64,000 nt of DNA from Victivallales bacterium (GTDB lineage Bacteria; Verrucomicrobiota; Lentisphaeria; Victivallales; UBA1829): NCBI GenBank assembly GCA_045589595.1, contig JAZNPK010000010.1:66190-130189 (forward strand), read 5' to 3'. Positions within the stretch are counted from its first letter, which is position 1, and each line of letters opens with the position of its first letter. The translations under genes and the position numbers were made by a program. This document shows positions 27,950-36,799 of this stretch, in pieces. The notes under the pieces were generated by a model. The model was not told the DNA's origin and did no database searches. It was given only the letters and a program-made list of their open reading frames with translations.

Positions 27950-29473
27950 ATGAACTGCAAAGTAAAAAAGACATTGGTCCTGCTGGGGCTTGCTCTGGCG
28001 GTGACGCTCGGGTTCTGCGGATGCGGTCCCTCGGAAGAGGAAGTGTATGAGATCCTTGGTCGCGTCGAACAAAAGCAGAAAAAGATCAAAGAAGCAAATC
28101 TGAGTATGGATCAGGGATTTCAGGAAAAATTGGACCTGTTGGAACGGCAGTTTACATCTGCAAACCGTGCTTTTTCCAAAGGGGATTACAGTGCCACCGC
28201 AAAATTTCTGCAGGATGCGGAATCCGCCGCAGACTGGATCATGAGTCGCGGTCCTCTCCGTTACGAAGCGGATGAAAAATACAGCGAACTGCAAAGCCGG
28301 AAGAGGTACAGCAATTCTAACGAGATCAATGCTCCGAAATATGCCTCCACAATTTATGCGGAAGCGGAAAAATACGAACAGCAGGGACGGGAAGCCTACG
28401 AAAAAATCGAATTCGAGGAAGCGACCCGGTTGTATGTTCTTGCCACAAACGAATACAAAAAAGCTACTTCCACCGCCTCGGCATTTCATGCGGCAGTGTA
28501 TGAAATGAATGCCGCCAAAGAAAAAGCGGATAAAGAAAAAGCGTCTCAGTTTGCCTCCACGATTTATCAGCCCGCTTTATCTCAGGTACTGTCGGCGATC
28601 AAAGCAAATGCACAGGGGCGTTATGATGAAGCTTTGCAGCTGTTGGAATCAGCTGAAAATAAACTTGAAAACGCAGCAGCAACTGCATCACGGTTCACCG
28701 CAGCTCAACAAAAAGCCAATTCCGCCAAAGAAAAAGCAGAAAAGGTGAATGCTTTTCTGTGGGCATCTGCGATTCATCAAGAGGCTCTTTCTTATTCGCA
28801 ACGAGCAGCGAAAGCACATGCACAGGGAAAATATGATGAAGCATTGCAGTTGCTGGATGCGGTAGAAGGGACTTTTGAAAAAGCAGAAAAAGAAGCTAAA
28901 AAAAATATTTCGTTGCCTATTATCAAATCCCTTGTAAAAATTGAAGAAAAAGACTATTACATTGGCAAATACGAAGTAACTCAGGCGCAGTGGAAGGCGG
29001 TAATGGGGAACGATCCCGCTCACTTCAAAGGTGCAGACCGTCCCGTGGAGAACGTCAGTTGGCACGATGCTATGGAGTTTTGCGAGAAACTGAATGATTA
29101 TGGTTATGCACCCCGCGGTTACAAGTTTTCTCTGCCCACAAAAGCCCAGTGGGAATTTGCCGCCCGTGGGGGGAACTTGAGCAAGGGGTATGAATACAGC
29201 GGCAGTAATGATATCAATGAAGTTGCATGGTATCGTGATAATTCCGGCAGGCAGACCCATGATGTGGGCGGAAAAAAGCCCAACGAACTCGGTTTGTATG
29301 ATATGAGCGGAAATGTACAGGAGTGGTGCTTTGGCGGCTTCAACCCCTGCCATATACGCGGGGGCAGTTGGCGCGACGGCGCGGGCGGCTGCCAAGTGGC
29401 GCACGGCGACTACGACCCGGGCTACGAGTACCCCTACCGCGGCTTCCGGCTCGCCCTTGTCCCGGTTCAATAA
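27950..29473 (+). CDS. Lipoprotein with three ~90-aa helical repeats and a C-terminal FGE-sulfatase (SUMF1/C-type-lectin-fold) domain
   Basis: Signal/lipobox ...AVTLGFCGCG. The motif [AS]S[TA]I[YH]...A.G.YDEALQLL is repeated. The FGE domain shows YYIGKYEVTQAQW, PVENVSWHDAMEFCEKLN, LPTKAQWEFAARGG, YDMSGNVQEWC, RGGSW...GFRLA. Confidence 0.85.
   Translation: MNCKVKKTLVLLGLALAVTLGFCGCGPSEEEVYEILGRVEQKQKKIKEANLSMDQGFQEKLDLLERQFTSANRAFSKGDYSATAKFLQDAESAADWIMSRGPLRYEADEKYSELQSRKRYSNSNEINAPKYASTIYAEAEKYEQQGREAYEKIEFEEATRLYVLATNEYKKATSTASAFHAAVYEMNAAKEKADKEKASQFASTIYQPALSQVLSAIKANAQGRYDEALQLLESAENKLENAAATASRFTAAQQKANSAKEKAEKVNAFLWASAIHQEALSYSQRAAKAHAQGKYDEALQLLDAVEGTFEKAEKEAKKNISLPIIKSLVKIEEKDYYIGKYEVTQAQWKAVMGNDPAHFKGADRPVENVSWHDAMEFCEKLNDYGYAPRGYKFSLPTKAQWEFAARGGNLSKGYEYSGSNDINEVAWYRDNSGRQTHDVGGKKPNELGLYDMSGNVQEWCFGGFNPCHIRGGSWRDGAGGCQVAHGDYDPGYEYPYRGFRLALVPVQ
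29357..29455 (+). other. DGR variable-region-like segment at the 3' end of the FGE lipoprotein gene
   Basis: Composition switches abruptly to a very GC-rich, A-poor stretch. 18 of the 24 codons between GGSW and GFRLA are NNC (cgc gac ggc ... tac cgc ggc), as expected for diversified AAC codons. No template repeat or RT was found in the window. Confidence 0.4.
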
Positions 29474-29740
29474 AAAGATATCCTCATAATCTTTGAGCTA
29501 AAACGGAGTGTCTGAAAACGCTCCAGATCCGGGCAATAGCGGGAGCTGCATCGGGGATTTGTATTGCATTCCCAGCAGTCAAGTCAGTCTGTGTTTTTTA
29601 TGAGTCTTATAAGTCCTGATAAGTCTTATTTGGGTAATGCAAGCTTCAAACGAGCGATACACCCAAAAAAACGGGGGCGGACAGGTGCGGCAGAGCAGCT
29701 CATCCGCCCGCCCTCAGGCGTCTGTGCAAACATTGATATT

Positions 29741-30217
29741 ATGGAGAGAAAAATGAAACAAGCGATCCTGTTATCGGGGGTATCTCTGGTTGTGTCGGTC
29801 TTTTTCTGCGGATGCGGAAATGAAGCCGAAAAAACGGAAGGGAACGGCGTTGATACCGTTGAGATCAATAAAAAGTGGAAGGAGATGGTCCGACCGGCAG
29901 CACGCCGCAGCCGTCTGGAACGGGATTCGGTATCTGTGGTCAATCAAATCATCAGAGAAAATCCCGGAAAGATCAGAGGTCATTGTACCCGGGTGGAGTT
30001 AACAGAAAAACTTTCAGATAAAAAATGGAAGGGGTTCGCCCACCTCGATAACGGAAAAAAGTTGACCTGTTATGTGACCGAATCCTTTTCCGGAATCGAG
30101 GTGGAAGTGGAATACGAGGAGAAAGTAGAATACATGGAGAAATACGAGGAGAAAGTAGAATACGAGGAGAAAATGGAATACGAGGTGAAAGTTGCTGTTC
30201 CCGTCTGGACATGGTAA
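29741..30217 (+). CDS. Small lipoprotein with an acidic VEYEEK-type C-terminal repeat
   Basis: I chose the ATG at 29741 (or 29753). Signal/lipobox ...VVSVFFCGCG, the same F-C-G-C-G as the neighbouring gene. The C-terminus reads EVEYEEKVEYMEKYEEKVEYEEKMEYEVKV. Confidence 0.55.
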   Translation: MERKMKQAILLSGVSLVVSVFFCGCGNEAEKTEGNGVDTVEINKKWKEMVRPAARRSRLERDSVSVVNQIIRENPGKIRGHCTRVELTEKLSDKKWKGFAHLDNGKKLTCYVTESFSGIEVEVEYEEKVEYMEKYEEKVEYEEKMEYEVKVAVPVWTW

Positions 30218-30285
30218 AAAAGGTTTTTCGGAGGGTAACGATTGCTTTCTCAACAGCACGCTGAAGGCGTGCGGGAGATCTCCGG

Positions 30286-30885
30286 TCAGAAGTTGAAGTA
30301 GATAAAGGGGGAGACCTTCACGAAGAAGAACATCGGCACGATCAGCAGAAGGATCGTCAGGATGGCGTTGACCCATGTGGGGCGGAATTTTTCCTCCATA
30401 TCCACCGCCGGTTTCAGGAAGACAATAATAAATCCGCCCGCGATCAGAAACAGCAGACCGCGTACATCAAACGGTGCGGGCAGACTCCATGATTCGGGGC
30501 AGAACATAGCGGAAAGCAGCTGCTTCACCTGACTCATATCCGTTGCCCGGAAGGGGATCCACGCCAACAGCACAAAAAGGAACGTGATCAGCTTTGCGGG
30601 GATGCGGTGCATCTTCAAGCCCAGGAACTTACTCCAGATCCGGTGGATCACCAGCGCCGTCCCGTGGAGCATCCCCCACAGAACAAAGAGCCAACTCGCC
30701 CCGTGCCACAACCCGCTCACAAAGAACGTGATCAGCAGGTTCAGACAGTTCGGAACTTACCGCAGCGGTTGCCGCCGAGGGGAATGTAAAGTCCGGTCAT
30801 GAGGAAGCGTCCCAGCGTGATATGCCACCGCCGCCAGAAGTCGGCAATATTTTCAGAAAGATACGGCGAATGGAAGTTTTTCGGC
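30286..30885 (-). pseudogene. MBOAT-family (AlgI/DltB-like) O-acyltransferase remnant, 5'-truncated and frameshifted
   Basis: My own translation gives ...MPKNFHSPYLSENIADFWRRWHITLGRFLMTGLYIPLGGNRCGK. A 1-nt frame change near 30725-30745 follows, then NLLITFFVSGLWHGASWLFVLWGMLHG (conserved MBOAT His) to the stop at 30286. Everything N-terminal of this is missing at the junction with repeat family A. Confidence 0.75.
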
Positions 30886-30938
30886 ATTGAGTAACGCGCC
30901 CAGCGTTTGGCGGCAGGAGAAATCCTGCCGCTTTTTTG
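30874..30938 (+). repeat. Repeat family A, copy 2 (orphan gene tail plus terminator hairpin)
   Basis: AAGTTTTTCGGCATTGAGTAACGCGCCCAGCGTTTGGCGGCAGGAGAAATCCTGCCGCTTTTTT. It contains a perfect hairpin GCGGCAGGA/TCCTGCCGC followed by T6. Confidence 0.7.
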
Positions 30939-30957
30939 CGTTTTAAGAAAGATAAAC

Positions 30958-30987
30958 CATCATCTGCAGGCGCTTACAACTGCGGAA
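30958..30987. repeat. Repeat family B, copy 1 (30 bp) downstream of the radical-SAM pair
   Basis: CCATCATCTGCAGGCGCTTACAACTGCGGA compared with 33205-33234 gives 26/30 identical, in the same orientation. Confidence 0.65.
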
Positions 30988-31004
30988 AAGTAAATTAGCA
31001 AAAA

Positions 31005-32261
31005 TTAAAGTTTCATGCTACGGGGGAATGCTTCATGGCGTAACAAGCCCCACATTTTGTCAATATACGCCAATGTATAAAAACTTTCATAGTAGTGAAA
31101 GTAAAATGCTCCTTTATCCGTCAGCTCCAATACGCCATTTTTTTCAATAATCATGCCGGTAAGCCGGGCAATTGTCAACTCTGCACCAAATGCTTTTTTC
31201 AACGGAACTCCAAAGAATTTTTCAAAATCAGCAATTACAACTTTCGTCGTGTACGCCCGCCAGAAAAGCCAATAAATCATCCTTTGCCGTACGGAAAAAT
31301 CACAATGTAATGCCGTCGGTAACAAGCCATGATCAATTCTTTTGCAGTATTCTTCGACGGAGAAAGTATTGATCCTGAATTGATCTTTAAGCAGTGAGGT
31401 CGCAGAACAGCCGAATCCGATAAAATTATCTCGGGTCATGGATGAATATTTATGTGTCCTGCTTTTGGCAAATGTCCAAATCGAATCCCGGTGACAGCCA
31501 ATAGAACGGAAATATTCTGTGATTTCGTTCAAAAGATGCCTTTTTTCATTTTTTCTCATTTCCTTTAACGGTGTCGATGTAAAAGAAAAGTCAATAAATG
31601 GATAAATGGCTGTATGATTTGCGCCACAGTCAAATGCCCTTTGGATGTCGAGTTTCAAGTCTGTTGCCTTTTGCCCCGGTAACGCAAAAATAAAATCCAT
31701 CGATATGGTTTCAAATTCAGTTGACGACAAAACTTTTTTCATTTCCTGAATATCAATGACTGATCGACCTAATAAATCCTGAAAATGTTTCTGAAAAGAT
31801 TGTATGCCGATACTGATGCGGGTAACTCCGGCAGCTTTTAACTTTTGCAACGTGTCCGTATTGACATCCTGCGGATGAAGCTCAACACCGATGCCTTCCG
31901 TGATCCGGTAATATTTCTGCAAATGCGTGATGATCTCACCGAGCCTGTCTGCCGCCAGTGCCGGAGAGCCTCCGCCAAAATAAAGTGATGATACCTCTTT
32001 AGGAATGCTTATTTCTGCTGAAACAAGATCGATTTCGGTTTTCAATGCATCAATATAACGGTTGTATAAATCCCGATCATAAACAACTTTGCAATATGGA
32101 CAAAAGTTGCAGAGTGTACGGCAAAATGGGATATGGACATATAATCCGGGTTTTTCAACTGCTGCAAGATCAATTTTTCTTCTTCCGTCATCCGGAGCGA
32201 AGGTAAACGGCTTGAATGAACGGGTAAGGTACATCCTGGTTGCAGTAGTGATCATGCTCAT
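31005..32261 (-). CDS. HemN-like radical SAM protein (coproporphyrinogen-III-oxidase-like / class C family)
   Basis: GLYVHIPFCRTLCNFCPYC (CxxxCxxC in the HemN context GxYxHxPFC). The ~420-aa length includes a HemN-type C-terminal region. Confidence 0.82.
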   Translation of the reverse strand: MSMITTATRMYLTRSFKPFTFAPDDGRRKIDLAAVEKPGLYVHIPFCRTLCNFCPYCKVVYDRDLYNRYIDALKTEIDLVSAEISIPKEVSSLYFGGGSPALAADRLGEIITHLQKYYRITEGIGVELHPQDVNTDTLQKLKAAGVTRISIGIQSFQKHFQDLLGRSVIDIQEMKKVLSSTEFETISMDFIFALPGQKATDLKLDIQRAFDCGANHTAIYPFIDFSFTSTPLKEMRKNEKRHLLNEITEYFRSIGCHRDSIWTFAKSRTHKYSSMTRDNFIGFGCSATSLLKDQFRINTFSVEEYCKRIDHGLLPTALHCDFSVRQRMIYWLFWRAYTTKVVIADFEKFFGVPLKKAFGAELTIARLTGMIIEKNGVLELTDKGAFYFHYYESFYTLAYIDKMWGLLRHEAFPRSMKL

Positions 32262-33163
32262 CAGATGTACCTCAAATATGTTTTGAGCATATCAAACATG
32301 ATCCGGAGATTTCCCCGGAAAAGCAAGGTATATTCTGCCACAAAGAAATAGCCGCATTGCTCACACAATCCCGGGATCTCAATGCATCTGCCGCATGTGC
32401 TGATCTTGCCGTTCTCGATAACAACGCACTGATGACACGGTGTGGGGAAAGAATTATTGACAAGATAAGGCAATGCGCTTTTCAGATTGAAGATCGGAGA
32501 GCCTTTCTCAATCGCATCTCTGATCACAGATGCACATTGTTGTTTTTCATCCAGAGAAAGCATCAAATCCGCAGTATCCGGATATGGCGTATGAAAATTG
32601 AAGGAAACCGCCCGGATATTGCAGTCTGTTTCGGCTGTTTTTATGACATCCTGAACGGTTGATACGTTCAATTTGTTGATTGCCATATATAAAACAATAT
32701 TATCAGAAGCGGCACTTCTGATGTTTTTCATAATCGTGTCATAGGTTTCGCCTCTGATCAGATTATGTCTTTCCCGATCGCCATCAAGAGAGAGCAGAAT
32801 AAGATCGGCTTCCGGCAGATCAAGAGTAAAGGTTCCGTTGGTTACCACATTGACGATGAGAAAACCCATTTGCTTCGCTTCGATGACCAGGTCGCGCACA
32901 GATTTTTCGCCATCCCGCCACAGAAAAGTTTCTCCTCCGCAAAAGAAAAGGATGCGGCAGCCCATACTGTAAAGGGTCTGCATTTCATTGCGGATTTGAG
33001 AATAAGGATGTATGACAGCTGTAATGTTATTGACAGAGCAATGCTTACACTTCAAGTTGCATTTATCTGTAAGAATCACTGTCCCGAGAATCGGTTTTTT
33101 CTGCCGGAATAAAATCGTTTTTATTCCAAAAGCTGCAAAATATGTAAATGCAGAAAGTTTCAT
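32261..33163 (-). CDS. Radical SAM protein with a Cys-rich (SPASM/twitch-like) C-terminus
   Basis: ILTDKCNLKCKHC (CxxxCxxC). C-terminal PCHQCVVIENGKISTCGRCIEIPGLCEQCGY. The stop/start overlaps the HemN-like gene by 1 nt. Confidence 0.82.
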   Translation of the reverse strand: MKLSAFTYFAAFGIKTILFRQKKPILGTVILTDKCNLKCKHCSVNNITAVIHPYSQIRNEMQTLYSMGCRILFFCGGETFLWRDGEKSVRDLVIEAKQMGFLIVNVVTNGTFTLDLPEADLILLSLDGDRERHNLIRGETYDTIMKNIRSAASDNIVLYMAINKLNVSTVQDVIKTAETDCNIRAVSFNFHTPYPDTADLMLSLDEKQQCASVIRDAIEKGSPIFNLKSALPYLVNNSFPTPCHQCVVIENGKISTCGRCIEIPGLCEQCGYFFVAEYTLLFRGNLRIMFDMLKTYLRYI

Positions 33164-33204
33164 ATTTCAATACCGTTATAAATTAATCACTCACCGGTAA
33201 TATA

Positions 33205-33234
33205 CCATCTCCCGCAGGCGTTTACAACTGCGGA
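33205..33234. repeat. Repeat family B, copy 2 (30 bp) upstream of the radical-SAM pair; contains a promoter-like element on the minus strand
   Basis: CCATCTCCCGCAGGCGTTTACAACTGCGGA. The minus strand reads TTGTAA, 17 nt, TATATT, pointing into the radical-SAM operon. Confidence 0.6.
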
Positions 33235-33563
33235 TTACAAATTTTCGATAATTTTCTGTAAGTGTCGGGGATTGTGGTATTTTCAGTTTGTAGCAAACTT
33301 TTTGAGATTTTTTCAAGGTTCAAGTATGGTCATTTTTAGTGTATTTGACTCGACCCCCGACTATTGTTTTTGATGATTTTACGCTCAAAAGTATGATTTT
33401 TGAGAATTTTTCCACAGTTTTTTATAAAGGTCTTTGCAAAGGTCGGATGGGAAATTCTCTGTTTTTTATGGCACGAAACGGAGAATTTGGCTCTATTGCA
33501 CCGTGTGTTTCTGTAACTTTTTAATCTCTAAAATCTTACATATAAAGCAATACATAAAGGTCG

Positions 33564-33660
33564 CCGACCTTTACATAACAGAGAATTTTCGCAAGATTTA
33601 TGCAAAACACACCCGATTTTGAGAATTTACCGTTTGATGAAAGCTCTGCCGCAATGGGTT
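33564..33660. repeat. Repeat family C, copy 1 (~97 bp)
   Basis: CCGAC.TTTACA.AACAGAGAATTT.CGCAAGATTTATGCAAAACACACCCGATTTTGAGAA..TACCGTTTGATGAAAGCTCTGCCGCAATGGGTT is almost identical to 36226-36321. Confidence 0.78.
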
Positions 33661-33729
33661 TTCAAGTAAAAGAAATTAAGCGGCAAAGCCGCGCTGTAAA
33701 GGTAACACATCCTCCCGCCGGAGGCGGCA

Positions 33730-33950
33730 ACTTCACACGCGGAGCGGCTTCACAAGTGCAATGAAGCGACAGCGTAATGAAACGACTTCATCCGCCGTCG
33801 CTGAAGGCTATGGCGGGACAAGCAAGCGAGGCTTCCCGGAATTCGTGAAGATGTGAAGAAAACCTTTGGTTTTGAGTGAAGAGCGGCTGGCGCCGCGTGA
33901 AGAGAAGCCTTGCGGCTTCGTGTTTTTTGCCTTGTGATCAAGGCAAAAAA
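33730..33950. repeat. Hairpin-array element (family E), copy a, GTGAAGA variant
   Basis: A short motif (GTGAAGA four times, plus CTTCAC/ATGAAGC variants) alternates with unrelated perfect hairpins (AAAACC/GGTTTT, GCGGC/GCCGC, GAAGCC/GGCTTC). It ends in an A/T-clamped hairpin TTTTTTGCCTTG-TGAT-CAAGGCAAAAAA. Confidence 0.7.
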
Positions 33951-33951
33951 A

Positions 33952-34165
33952 TGGTGGAGGGTGTTTTAATTCTTCGGAATACTTCTCTCAAGCTCAAAAC
34001 GGTTGTCAACAATACAATCTTGTTGAACCGTTTCACTTCTTCGAAAAACATCTCCGAAAGCATAAAAATCAAAACAGAGAACAGTTTTTACCTTAAAGTA
34101 AATGTCTGCAAATTCCGATGAAATAAAATCCGCCCCGGAAAACGGTCGCATCGCAGACATTTATT
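33952..34165. repeat. Repeat family D, copy 2
   Basis: See 25950-26162. This copy directly follows hairpin array a. Confidence 0.7.
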
Positions 34166-34298
34166 ATTAGGCTCTGTTCCCCATTACAGTTGATAGACAG
34201 TAAAGATGTTGGATCATATTTTTTTACCATTAATGGTGATTGATCCTTTTTTGGAAACAGATCATTTCAAAAAACTTACCGATAAATCATATAATCGG

Positions 34299-35891
34299 TT
34301 ATTCCTGAATTTTTGTATATATCGAAAGGCATGACGAACCGGTAATAATCGTATTTCTGCAAATTTTTGCACTTGTCTGCAATGCCTGCAATCCCCTTTG
34401 GTTGGTGTGTACATGAAAATGCGGCGCACATGATGAGGAAATGTCCACACGCAAACGGTCTCCGGCAAGCAGTTTGAAAGCGTGGGGCGCAAAAATAAAA
34501 TTGACAATACGTTCAGTTCCCGGAGTATAATTTTTTTCCAGACGGCACAGCGAATCTATATCATCCCGCAAAGGAAGCGTTTTCCCATTGCGCTCAAAAC
34601 TGATCCTTGCATAAAAACAAGTATCTTCTGCGGTGGAACTGCAATGAAGTTCAAGTTCCATATGTCCCTCACAGATCAAATCATTTTCAAGCGGTTCGGA
34701 GAGAAATGAAATGATGTCATAACGGGAATTCGGAGGATCCTGCAGCTGCATTCCACCGAAATTATTGCATAGGCCGCCGGCAAAAAATGCCGGATCATAA
34801 GGATTACTTGTATAGGTGATCTTTCCCGGTGCCGATGATGCAGCAAGAGTCCGTCCCGAGGTCAGAAAAAACTGATTCCTCTGCGGGGCATTGGTCAATT
34901 CCGGCGTGGAGTGCCAACAGTTGTCCCATAAGCGGTAATAGACTGTTTTGCCTTTTTGAACAAAGGGCAAAACAGTGCCAAGCCGGAAATGATCGAACCA
35001 TACATACTTCAAATCAGGTACACATTTGTCAAGCACAGCATCTTGGAAATCCTGCATTTCAGCCGGGAGAACAGTGGGATTATATGCGTGATCAAACGGC
35101 GTAACCACAAGCGCACAATTTTTTTTACGCACCGGGGAAAGTTTTTTCCACATATCAAATATACCTTCGGTATAAATATCATACATCGAAGTTATCAGCA
35201 GAATCGGGATGTCGCATTTATTACAGGCATCCTGATAATCGCTGCCGCCTTCCGGAGTACTCCAGTAAGGATCGTCAGGATCCGGATGACTGAAACTTTC
35301 CTCAATGTAGGGAACATATTCATTGAAAATAGTTTGGGTTATACCGGCAAGAGGCATTGTCCGGAAAGTTGCTGCAGTAAAGTTCCTTTCGACAGGCTGA
35401 TTTTTTTTATGCATTTTCATTACCCAGCTGCCATGCAGACCGCTCTTAAAAAATCCATGCCGGAAACAGATGTTGTATCTGTTACTGTCTTGAACTGCCA
35501 GCAATGCAGCTTTCACATCCGGCGGATTTGTATTCAGATAAGAAAGATGCACTGAAGCAGTATAGCTGCCTCCGAAAAGATAAATTTCTCCATTATAAAA
35601 AGTTTGCTGCCTGACCCATTCCAGCAGATCAAGACCATCGTTGCGTTCATTCAAATAAGCATTACATTCTCCTTCACTGCGTGCGGTTCCCCGGCACTGT
35701 TGGCTGACCACCGCATATCCATGAGTATTTTCCTGCCGCAGCTGTTCAAAGTCGATTTGTTCTGACTGATAAGGACTTCTTGAAATAATCACCGGAAAAG
35801 AACCGCTTTTTTCCGGGAGCTGGACGATGGTATAAAGTTTTATTCCGTCACGCATGGGGACAAGATATTCAAGAACAGTGTTGGCTGCCAT
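34299..35891 (-). CDS. CocE/NonD-family (S15 X-Pro dipeptidyl-peptidase-like) hydrolase
   Basis: N-terminal VPMRDGIKLYTIVQLPE...PVIISRSPY pattern, a GGSY nucleophile-elbow-like motif (LFGGSYTAS), and a ~530-aa length with a C-terminal beta-sandwich region. Confidence 0.78.
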   Translation of the reverse strand: MAANTVLEYLVPMRDGIKLYTIVQLPEKSGSFPVIISRSPYQSEQIDFEQLRQENTHGYAVVSQQCRGTARSEGECNAYLNERNDGLDLLEWVRQQTFYNGEIYLFGGSYTASVHLSYLNTNPPDVKAALLAVQDSNRYNICFRHGFFKSGLHGSWVMKMHKKNQPVERNFTAATFRTMPLAGITQTIFNEYVPYIEESFSHPDPDDPYWSTPEGGSDYQDACNKCDIPILLITSMYDIYTEGIFDMWKKLSPVRKKNCALVVTPFDHAYNPTVLPAEMQDFQDAVLDKCVPDLKYVWFDHFRLGTVLPFVQKGKTVYYRLWDNCWHSTPELTNAPQRNQFFLTSGRTLAASSAPGKITYTSNPYDPAFFAGGLCNNFGGMQLQDPPNSRYDIISFLSEPLENDLICEGHMELELHCSSTAEDTCFYARISFERNGKTLPLRDDIDSLCRLEKNYTPGTERIVNFIFAPHAFKLLAGDRLRVDISSSCAPHFHVHTNQRGLQALQTSAKICRNTIITGSSCLSIYTKIQE

Positions 35892-36225
35892 AAGGGGATT
35901 TTCCTTTTAGATACGTTTTGTTAATGTCCCAAATTTTGTGATGGGACGGGTTATTTGACAAAAGTGCATCTGACCTTTATTTTTTAGTGACCAAACAAAA
36001 AAATAAAAGGCAGCATCAGATACGCAGTAAAACTACTATGAAAAAGCCGATTTGTCAAGCGGAAAATGAAATTTTTGGGGGACGAATTGGTAAAAAAGTG
36101 GCAGATTCTTATAAAAAGAAGGCTTTCGCCGATATTTTGAAGATGAACTTGCAGTTAACTCAAGAGGTTTTGATGTACTGTATTTTTAACTAACGCTTAA
36201 CAAAAGAACTCCGCATAAATGACTG

Positions 36226-36321
36226 CCGACATTTACAAACAGAGAATTTCCGCAAGATTTATGCAAAACACACCCGATTTTGAGAAAATACCGTTTGATG
36301 AAAGCTCTGCCGCAATGGGTT
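36226..36321. repeat. Repeat family C, copy 2, abutting the stop codon of the four-helix-bundle gene
   Basis: See 33564-33660. Its last bases overlap the TAA (36322..36320 on the minus strand). Confidence 0.78.
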
Positions 36322-36680
36322 ATTTAAGATTCTGATTCGTGGTGTTGATTGAGGCGATCAGAGTTATTCTGATTTCCCGGCAGAGAGTTTCCAACCGATC
36401 ATATTCTGCAGAAGAGAGGATATTTGTTTTTCCCAATAGCAGCAGCCAGTAGCTTGTTTCATTGGCTTCTTTCAAGGCAATTTGCAGTTTTGAAACAAAA
36501 TCAGCTTTCCCGTGAGCATATTGCGCTTCGTGGATGTTGGCTCCGATACTTGTTCCGGCTCTGCCGATTTGATTGCAGATGATCGTTTCTCTCTGTTCTT
36601 TCAGATATTTTACAAGATTCAATAATTTCAACTGCAAATGCAATTGAAAGATCGACAAGTTTGTTTGACGATTTTTCCAT
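36320..36680 (-). pseudogene. Four-helix-bundle protein (23S rRNA IVS protein / DGR Avd family), apparently frameshifted
   Basis: The ATG at 36680 gives MEKSSNKLVDLSIAFAVEIIE... in one frame. A second frame gives ...LVKYLKEQRETIICNQIGRAGTSIGANIHEAQYAHGKADFVSKLQIALKEANETSYWLLLL... to the stop at 36320. The frames must be joined near 36610-36625 to give a normal family member. Confidence 0.7.
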
Positions 36681-36799
36681 GACAGATTTTTCCTTTCCAC
36701 TGAATAATGTAGCATTGGTAAGGAATATTTGCAAACACAGCTCTCATTTTTCATTTTTTCATCATCCGTCGCACGAAGTGCTATGGATGACAGGTCATA

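Noticed and set aside
33730-33950. Reading the hairpin arrays (also 36800-37063 and 63261-63483) as degenerate CRISPR arrays
   Set aside because: The repeated unit is only 7-9 nt. The spacers are 12-25 nt and each is a perfect palindrome. No cas genes or leader are present. None of this fits CRISPR.
33952-33975. tRNA 3'-end or att-site interpretation of ...CACCCTCCACCA at the end of repeat D (minus strand)
   Set aside because: I could not fold a T-arm or any cloverleaf from the adjacent sequence. The 12 nt do not match the 3' end of either tRNA in the window. The CCA-like end may be coincidental.
35987-36193. 68-aa plus-strand ORF between the CocE/NonD gene and repeat family C
   Set aside because: It is a lysine-rich, low-complexity translation with a non-ATG start in the ORF track and no motif. 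It is probably intergenic.
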